Assembly (NCBI GenBank): GCA_964524475.1
Contig: CAZGCO010000002.1
Location: 1 to 39,257, forward strand
Direction of reading: 5' to 3'
Length of the DNA stretch: 39,257 nucleotides
Source of the DNA: an uncultured Candidatus Saccharibacteria bacterium
GTDB taxonomy: Bacteria > Patescibacteriota > Minisyncoccia > Phycocordibacterales > UBA1006
Part shown: one piece after another, positions 34,286 to 39,257 of the stretch
How positions within the stretch are numbered: position 1 is the first letter of the stretch
How the letters are laid out: every line of letters starts with the position of its first letter
The notes under the pieces: model-generated
Database searches by the model: none
Seen by the model: the letters and a program-made list of their open reading frames with translations, nothing else
Told to the model about the DNA's origin: nothing
Position numbers and translations under genes: made by a program

Positions 34286-34885
34286 ATGTACACAGATTAT
34301 ATCGTTATTGCCCTGGGAAATCCAGGAGATGATTATACCTATACCCGCCACAATGCAGGGTGGATTGTTAGTGATCAAATATGTGGAGAGCAGAATTTTT
34401 CATATCAAAAACAGCTTCGTGCATGGATAGCAAAACATAATATTGCAGGAAAACAGTGGGTGTTCATAAAACCAGATACGTATATGAACGAATCAGGTTC
34501 TATTATATCGCTGATTATGCGTCAGTATCCTGATGTACCTGCTGACCATCTGATTATCATGCATGACGACGTGGATCTGGTTTTAGGCGACATAAAACTA
34601 TCATATGATCGTGGGTCAGGGGGACATAATGGTATAAAATCTCTGATACAACATATCGGAAACAGTCAGTTCGTCCGCTATCGTATTGGTATATCACGTA
34701 CCACAGAAACAGGTATGATGGTAAAACCGGATGTATTAGGCAGGTTTCATGCTGATGAATTGGCAATATTGGAACAGGTAGGAAAATCTATTGAACAGAT
34801 ATCTATCAGTATAAGTAATCAGGGATTCAAAAAAACACAGTCGGTATATAAGATGATTTCACACAATAATGTGGCAAAAAAATAA
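34286..34885 (+). CDS. pth: Peptidyl-tRNA hydrolase
   Basis: IVIALGNPGDDYTYTRHNAGW and GGHNGIKS. ATG lies 6 nt after TGtTATAGT. Confidence 0.92.
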   Translation: MYTDYIVIALGNPGDDYTYTRHNAGWIVSDQICGEQNFSYQKQLRAWIAKHNIAGKQWVFIKPDTYMNESGSIISLIMRQYPDVPADHLIIMHDDVDLVLGDIKLSYDRGSGGHNGIKSLIQHIGNSQFVRYRIGISRTTETGMMVKPDVLGRFHADELAILEQVGKSIEQISISISNQGFKKTQSVYKMISHNNVAKK

Positions 34886-34927
34886 TCTCCCCTATAGGGG
34901 AGATTATTTTTTTGCCACATTATTGTG
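34862..34927. terminator. 66-nt perfect palindrome, bidirectional terminator between pth and rpsA
   Basis: Positions i and 69789-i are complementary from 34862 to 34927. The left arm encodes the last 7 codons and the stop of pth. Confidence 0.8.
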
Positions 34928-34941
34928 GATTCATGATACAA

Positions 34942-36024
34942 CTATTTGTTTGCTTCAACATATGACAATGTCATACGGTGTTCTTTTGCATCAAATAGAG
35001 TAATTTTGAAAGAGTATGATTTACCTAATGACAACGTTTCTTTCAGTTTCTTTTCATCTCCGAATTCTGATACATGAACGAGTCCTGCAACACCTTCTTC
35101 GATAGAAACTAATGCTCCGTGTTTGTTAAACTTGATAACTACTCCTGAAACAACACTGTCTTTTGCATATTTTTCTGATGCTATTGTCCATGGGTTCGCA
35201 CCAAGTTGTTTTATAGACAATGAAATTTTACCATCTTTGATTTCGATAACTTTTACAGATACCTTGTCGCCGATTTTGTACATAGTACGAGGATCATCAA
35301 TGAGTGACCATCCGATTTCTGAGATGTGAACCAATCCTTCTAATCCTTCTTCTACTTTGACAAATATTCCGAAATCTACCACACCAGTTACTTCACCTGA
35401 CAATTCTTGACCAACAACATATTTCTGAACAATTTCTTTCTTGTCTTCTTTGGTATTTCCTTTTTCAGAGAATATTAATTTTCCTTCTTTTGGACTTACG
35501 CCAATAATAGTAAGAGCAAATTTTTCACCTACAAGTTTTTTCAATTCTTTTTGGATTTCGTCTTTGTTTGCATCACCGACACGTGGATAGTGTTCTGCTT
35601 TTAATTGTGACGCAGGAAGAAATCCTGCAATTCCTTGCCATTCTACAATGAGTCCTCCTTTGTTTGCTTCTTTAACAGCAAGTTCTAGTATTTGACCTGA
35701 TTTCATCACCGCGTCTGCTTCTGACCAGACAAGTGCCTGACGAGCTTCTTTGAGTGATAGTTCAATATATCCATCAGCGTTTTCGCGTTCGATAATTTTA
35801 CCGGTTACGATATCTCCAATGTTGATATTTTTAATCATGTCCTTTGCAGTCATGAATTCACGTCCGTAAATTAAACCTGTTCCGATAGGAGAGAGATCTA
35901 CATACATAGATACTCCTTCTACACCAATAACAGTTCCTTCGATAACGTCGCCTATTTCTGGCATTTTGACGATGTCTTTTTCTATAAGACCTTTCATCAT
36001 ATTCTCAGCAATTTTTTCTGACAT
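34942..36024 (-). CDS. rpsA: 30S ribosomal protein S1 (four S1 domains)
   Basis: Repeated S1 OB motifs (G..V.G.V......G..V.L....G..H.SE). 360 aa. Confidence 0.88.
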   Translation of the reverse strand: MSEKIAENMMKGLIEKDIVKMPEIGDVIEGTVIGVEGVSMYVDLSPIGTGLIYGREFMTAKDMIKNINIGDIVTGKIIERENADGYIELSLKEARQALVWSEADAVMKSGQILELAVKEANKGGLIVEWQGIAGFLPASQLKAEHYPRVGDANKDEIQKELKKLVGEKFALTIIGVSPKEGKLIFSEKGNTKEDKKEIVQKYVVGQELSGEVTGVVDFGIFVKVEEGLEGLVHISEIGWSLIDDPRTMYKIGDKVSVKVIEIKDGKISLSIKQLGANPWTIASEKYAKDSVVSGVVIKFNKHGALVSIEEGVAGLVHVSEFGDEKKLKETLSLGKSYSFKITLFDAKEHRMTLSYVEANK

Positions 36025-36179
36025 AATAATTACATCGCTTTTCGCGAACCCATCTGATTATGATAACGATAAACTCATTATCTACAGACATATACTGCTG
36101 TTCTCGGTCTTATTTCTCTCAAGAGAGTAAACAAACAGAGGGGTTAGGGCAGTAAATGAGGTTATTAATAGACTAGTTG

Positions 36180-36208
36180 TATATAACATTTTTAAGAGAA
36201 AAAGGCAA
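36180..36208 (-). promoter_or_regulatory. Putative rpsA promoter giving an about 150-nt leader
   Basis: The minus strand reads TTGCCT, 17 nt, TATATA. The leader contains small hairpins (tcgc-gaaaa-gcga, tctc-ttga-gaga). Confidence 0.4.
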
Positions 36209-36287
36209 GGATTATTGACACTTTAAATTATATATGTATTATTCATATTTGAATTCATTTTTATTTTATAACTTAATATATTTTACC

Positions 36288-37928
36288 ATGCAAAAAAACG
36301 CGCTTTTAATGTTTTCCGATAAAGACGGAAGTGAAATAATAGCCCAGAGACTTATTAATCTGGGTTACCATCTCTATGGTTCTGCAGGAACTACTAAACA
36401 CCTCATTCGAATAGGTATAGAAATTATTGATATCGCGACTATGGTTGGAGATCCCATCCTCAATCATAAAGTTGTATCCTTGAGTCGTGAGATTCATGCA
36501 GGGCTTTTAGCGAATGGATCTGAAGAATTTGCCGAGCTTGCTAATCTGAATATTCAACCTTTCGAAGTTGTTCTCATTGATTTATATCCACTTGAGCAAA
36601 CAGTTGCAAAAGAGGGTGTGACTATTGAAAAGGTACGAGAAACAACAGACATTGGTGGCCCTACTGCTGCATCTTCTGCTGCAAAGGGTTGTAGAGTAAT
36701 AGGCATCGAAGTTGCCCAAAGAGAAATCATCCTTTCCTGGCTTGAAGCGGGAAAACCTGATGAACAAGAGTTTCTGTTAAAATTAGAAGCCCATGTAAAT
36801 TATTTTGTGAGCCGGTATCGTGGACTCTCTGCAAACTTTTTAGATGTGGATAAAAATTATCTCATTATCCATGGGGGGATTATTCGCAAATTAAAGTACG
36901 GAGAAAACCCACATCAAAAGTTTGCCGCGCTGTATGCAGTAGATAACAATGATCCATTGGCGTTACATAATTTTGATATTGTGTACCCACAAGGGGCACG
37001 AGATAGTTATGTAACAGCAACAGATGTTGATAGAGTTGTTGAAACAGTTATTCGGATTTGCGCAGGCAATAAATTAAATTATAAAAAACCTGGATTTGTA
37101 ACAGTTGCAGTAAAACACGGTAATGCGTGCGGTGCTTCTTTTAATAAATCAGAAGAGGTTTCAATCCTTAATGCAATTTCAGGAGATTGTGAAGCTGTAT
37201 TGGGAGCCGTAGTGGCTTGTAATTTTATTATCACCAAAGAATACCTTGAGTTAATTTTTCGCTCCCATGACCCGCAAGGGAAAAAATGGGGGATGTTGGC
37301 AGCATTAGTCTGTCAAGATATTGAACCAGAAGCACTAGCGGTTTTAAAGGGAAGAAATTCCAACTGCCTGGTGTATGTTAATGATTTCTTTAACACCAAA
37401 ATCGGCCCAGAACATATGCAAAAAACAATGTTTCGTAGTGTCCGTGGAGGTTTTATTAAACAGGATGCCTCGGTGTTCATTCCTTGTTTTACTGCTGATA
37501 ATCAAGAGTTATACATGACTTCTGATAAATTATTAAGTACTGACAAACAAAATCTTATTTTTGCATGGGCGATTAATAGTACCAGTAACAGCAATACTAT
37601 TACCATAGTAAGAAATGGTAAATTGCTTGGTAATGCAGTGGGTCAACAAAAGAGAGTTGCGAGTAGTAAGCTTGCAATAGAAAAAGCTGAATTTTCAATT
37701 CAGTACCAAAATCAATCACCAATTGTTGACTCGAATACGGTAGCTTGGGGAGATTCATTCTTCCCTTATCCTGATGGCATAGAAGTATTAGCTAATGCAG
37801 GAGTAAAAATCATTGGGGCCACGCGAGGATCTAAAAGAGATTTAGAAATTTTTACATTTTGCCTAGAACGGGAAATTACTTGTGTCACATTTCCTGATAC
37901 AATAGCCCGCGGTTTCTTTGCTCATTAA
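36288..37928 (+). CDS. Divergent PurH-like protein (MGS-like + AICARFT/IMPCHase fold)
   Basis: ALLMFSDKDG...GSAGTTKHL...VVLIDLYPLEQT...TDIGGPTAASSAAKG, then C-terminal GQQKRVAS...GDSFFPYPDG...RGSKRD...ARGFFAH. I prefer the start at MQKN (36288). Confidence 0.75.
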   Translation: MQKNALLMFSDKDGSEIIAQRLINLGYHLYGSAGTTKHLIRIGIEIIDIATMVGDPILNHKVVSLSREIHAGLLANGSEEFAELANLNIQPFEVVLIDLYPLEQTVAKEGVTIEKVRETTDIGGPTAASSAAKGCRVIGIEVAQREIILSWLEAGKPDEQEFLLKLEAHVNYFVSRYRGLSANFLDVDKNYLIIHGGIIRKLKYGENPHQKFAALYAVDNNDPLALHNFDIVYPQGARDSYVTATDVDRVVETVIRICAGNKLNYKKPGFVTVAVKHGNACGASFNKSEEVSILNAISGDCEAVLGAVVACNFIITKEYLELIFRSHDPQGKKWGMLAALVCQDIEPEALAVLKGRNSNCLVYVNDFFNTKIGPEHMQKTMFRSVRGGFIKQDASVFIPCFTADNQELYMTSDKLLSTDKQNLIFAWAINSTSNSNTITIVRNGKLLGNAVGQQKRVASSKLAIEKAEFSIQYQNQSPIVDSNTVAWGDSFFPYPDGIEVLANAGVKIIGATRGSKRDLEIFTFCLEREITCVTFPDTIARGFFAH

Positions 37929-37947
37929 AACTACATGCTAGATTTTA

Positions 37948-37980
37948 CAAAATCCCTAATCAATTGGTTAGGGGTTTTTT
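37948..37980 (+). terminator. Hairpin terminator
   Basis: aaaatccctaa-8 nt-ttaggggtttttt. Confidence 0.7.
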
Positions 37981-38027
37981 GTATGAGTATATTGGTCAGA
38001 TAGGGGATAATCTGCTAGGATACGATT

Positions 38028-38744
38028 ATGTATACACCACATCCATGGGAACGAGAATATCAAAATCCACAATTTCTGACTTTGGGGACAGAGCCTCTTT
38101 CTGATATTCGGGATTTTATGAAATGGATCAAAAAAACAGGTCGGAAAAATATTGAAAATACTGATGGTTATTTTTCCGATCTGTTAGCAGAATATTTTGT
38201 ACTTGATCTCGGTTGTGGGAATGGTAAAAACCTGAAATATATAGTTAGTCATTTTTGTAAACAGGGTATAGGGTATGATATCTCTGAAACAGCTATTACG
38301 ATGGCACGTGAATTAGCTTTAGATTTACCTCTGCAATATGAAACAAGATCGATAGCAGAACCTTTTAATATTCCAAACAATACAATAGATATTATTCTGG
38401 ATGCGACATCGTCGAATGCATTAAACCATGCAGAACGAGAAATGTTTTTGTCCGAGGTTCATCGCGTTATGAAACCTACTGCATATTTTTTTACTCGAGC
38501 ACTGTGTCTGGATGGTGATACAAATGCACGGAATCTGGTGCGTGATTTCCCAGGTGATGAACCATCTACATATATATTACCGGGTACAGGTATGATTGAA
38601 ACAGTTTTTTCCAAGGAGGATTTTATAAATACCTATGAACCCTTGTTCAATATTCTTAAAATAGAAAAAACCACCGGTTATCAAAAATGGGGGAATCAGT
38701 CATATAAACGAAATTATTGGGTGGCATATCTGCAGAAAAAATAA
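38028..38744 (+). CDS. Class I SAM-dependent methyltransferase
   Basis: Motif I VLDLGCGNGKN and the acidic loop GYDIS. ATG lies 6 nt after TGcTAGGAT. Confidence 0.8.
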   Translation: MYTPHPWEREYQNPQFLTLGTEPLSDIRDFMKWIKKTGRKNIENTDGYFSDLLAEYFVLDLGCGNGKNLKYIVSHFCKQGIGYDISETAITMARELALDLPLQYETRSIAEPFNIPNNTIDIILDATSSNALNHAEREMFLSEVHRVMKPTAYFFTRALCLDGDTNARNLVRDFPGDEPSTYILPGTGMIETVFSKEDFINTYEPLFNILKIEKTTGYQKWGNQSYKRNYWVAYLQKK

Positions 38745-38772
38745 AAACAACACTATTGTTAGTGTTGTTTTT
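38743..38772. terminator. Bidirectional hairpin between convergent genes
   Basis: aaaaacaacact-attgtt-agtgttgttttt. Confidence 0.75.
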
Positions 38773-38773
38773 A

Positions 38774-39257
38774 TTACTCTAATTTTTTCATTTTCTCGAA
38801 AATCATACTCCGTACACCTTCACGGTCCGTAACTTTTCCTTTTGCCATAATGAGATTATCTACGTTCAAGAATTTTCGTAAATCATCGTACTGTTTCGGA
38901 AACACAACTCCTTCTATGGTTTCGGTGAGGTCTTGGATTTTTACAAATGCCATTTTGTCATTATTTTTCTTTGTATATATTTCACGAACATCGATAATCA
39001 TACCTGCGATAACTGTTTCCATGGGTGGTTTATCAGTCTTAATCAAGTCTTTGATAGTTAATCTAGCTTGACTTAGCTGTTCTTTATATTGATCCAGTGG
39101 ATGTCCTGATACATACAATCCCAACAATTCTTTTTCCCATAGTAATTGTTTTTGAATATCTATAGGTGGTATTGTTGTGTCCAATACCAATGTTCCAGCT
39201 GGTGCAGATCCAAATTCTGCAAATAAAGATTCCTGTGGGGTGTCCTGTTCTTTACGG
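38774..39257 (-). CDS. dnaE: DNA polymerase III alpha subunit, C-terminal OB-fold region (5' part beyond window)
   Basis: LLWEKELLGLYVSGHPLDQY...VIAGMIIDVREIYTKKNNDKMAFVKIQDLTETIEGVVFP. The ORF stays open to the window edge. Confidence 0.85.
   Translation of the reverse strand, partial: RKEQDTPQESLFAEFGSAPAGTLVLDTTIPPIDIQKQLLWEKELLGLYVSGHPLDQYKEQLSQARLTIKDLIKTDKPPMETVIAGMIIDVREIYTKKNNDKMAFVKIQDLTETIEGVVFPKQYDDLRKFLNVDNLIMAKGKVTDREGVRSMIFEKMKKLE

Noticed and set aside
1-39257. UGA reassigned to Gly or Trp (genetic codes 25 or 4)
   Set aside because: In the standard-code ORF track, all recognisable genes except rluA (in-frame TAA) and recG (frameshift) are single uninterrupted ORFs of plausible length, so in-frame TGA sense codons appear absent. 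Only the absence of TGA as a stop is supported.
1-39257. CRISPR array
   Set aside because: No regularly spaced short direct repeats are present. The long palindromes are all different sequences and occur singly at gene ends.

Overview
This 39.3-kb window is a gene-dense, low-GC bacterial chromosome segment. Its gene content looks like Candidate Phyla Radiation / Patescibacteria, which is an inference from content only: a lamin-tail-domain surface protein, a DUF4015 hydrolase, a soluble TraD/VirD4-like ATPase, an orphan PilM-like gene, a minimal mraY-ftsW-murG block and many ORFans. I support about 43 CDS, 5 tRNA genes (one cut by the window edge) and 2 degenerate tRNA 5'-half copies. Nearly every transcription unit is closed by a perfect hairpin terminator.

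The core genes are rplJ-rplL, ruvX, rpmE, prfA (RF1), scpA-scpB, mraY-ftsW-murG, plsC-like, tspO, prs, gltX, recG, a histidine kinase/response regulator pair, recR, dnaB, pth, rpsA, a purH-like gene and the dnaE C-terminus.

The best candidate for something new is an AT-rich island at about 15.5-19.3 kb. It carries an internally duplicated 123-aa protein, a 134-aa two-TM protein, a 23-codon ORF and an 818-aa fused PD-ExK nuclease / N6-adenine methyltransferase (Type IIL/IIG-like). I could not map this combination to a described system.

Three patterns run across the whole window:
- Extended -10 boxes sit exactly 6 nt (some 8 nt) upstream of start codons, which implies leaderless mRNAs.
- None of the 43 CDS ends in TGA (33 TAA, 10 TAG).
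- Unusually long perfect palindromes serve as terminators and overlap functional elements.

Two housekeeping genes are disrupted: an RluA-family gene has an in-frame TAA, and recG has a 1-nt frameshift. An orphan promoter-terminator cassette (a possible sRNA) and an unexplained GC-rich segment sit next to a tRNA cluster. No CRISPR array, integrase or transposase is visible.
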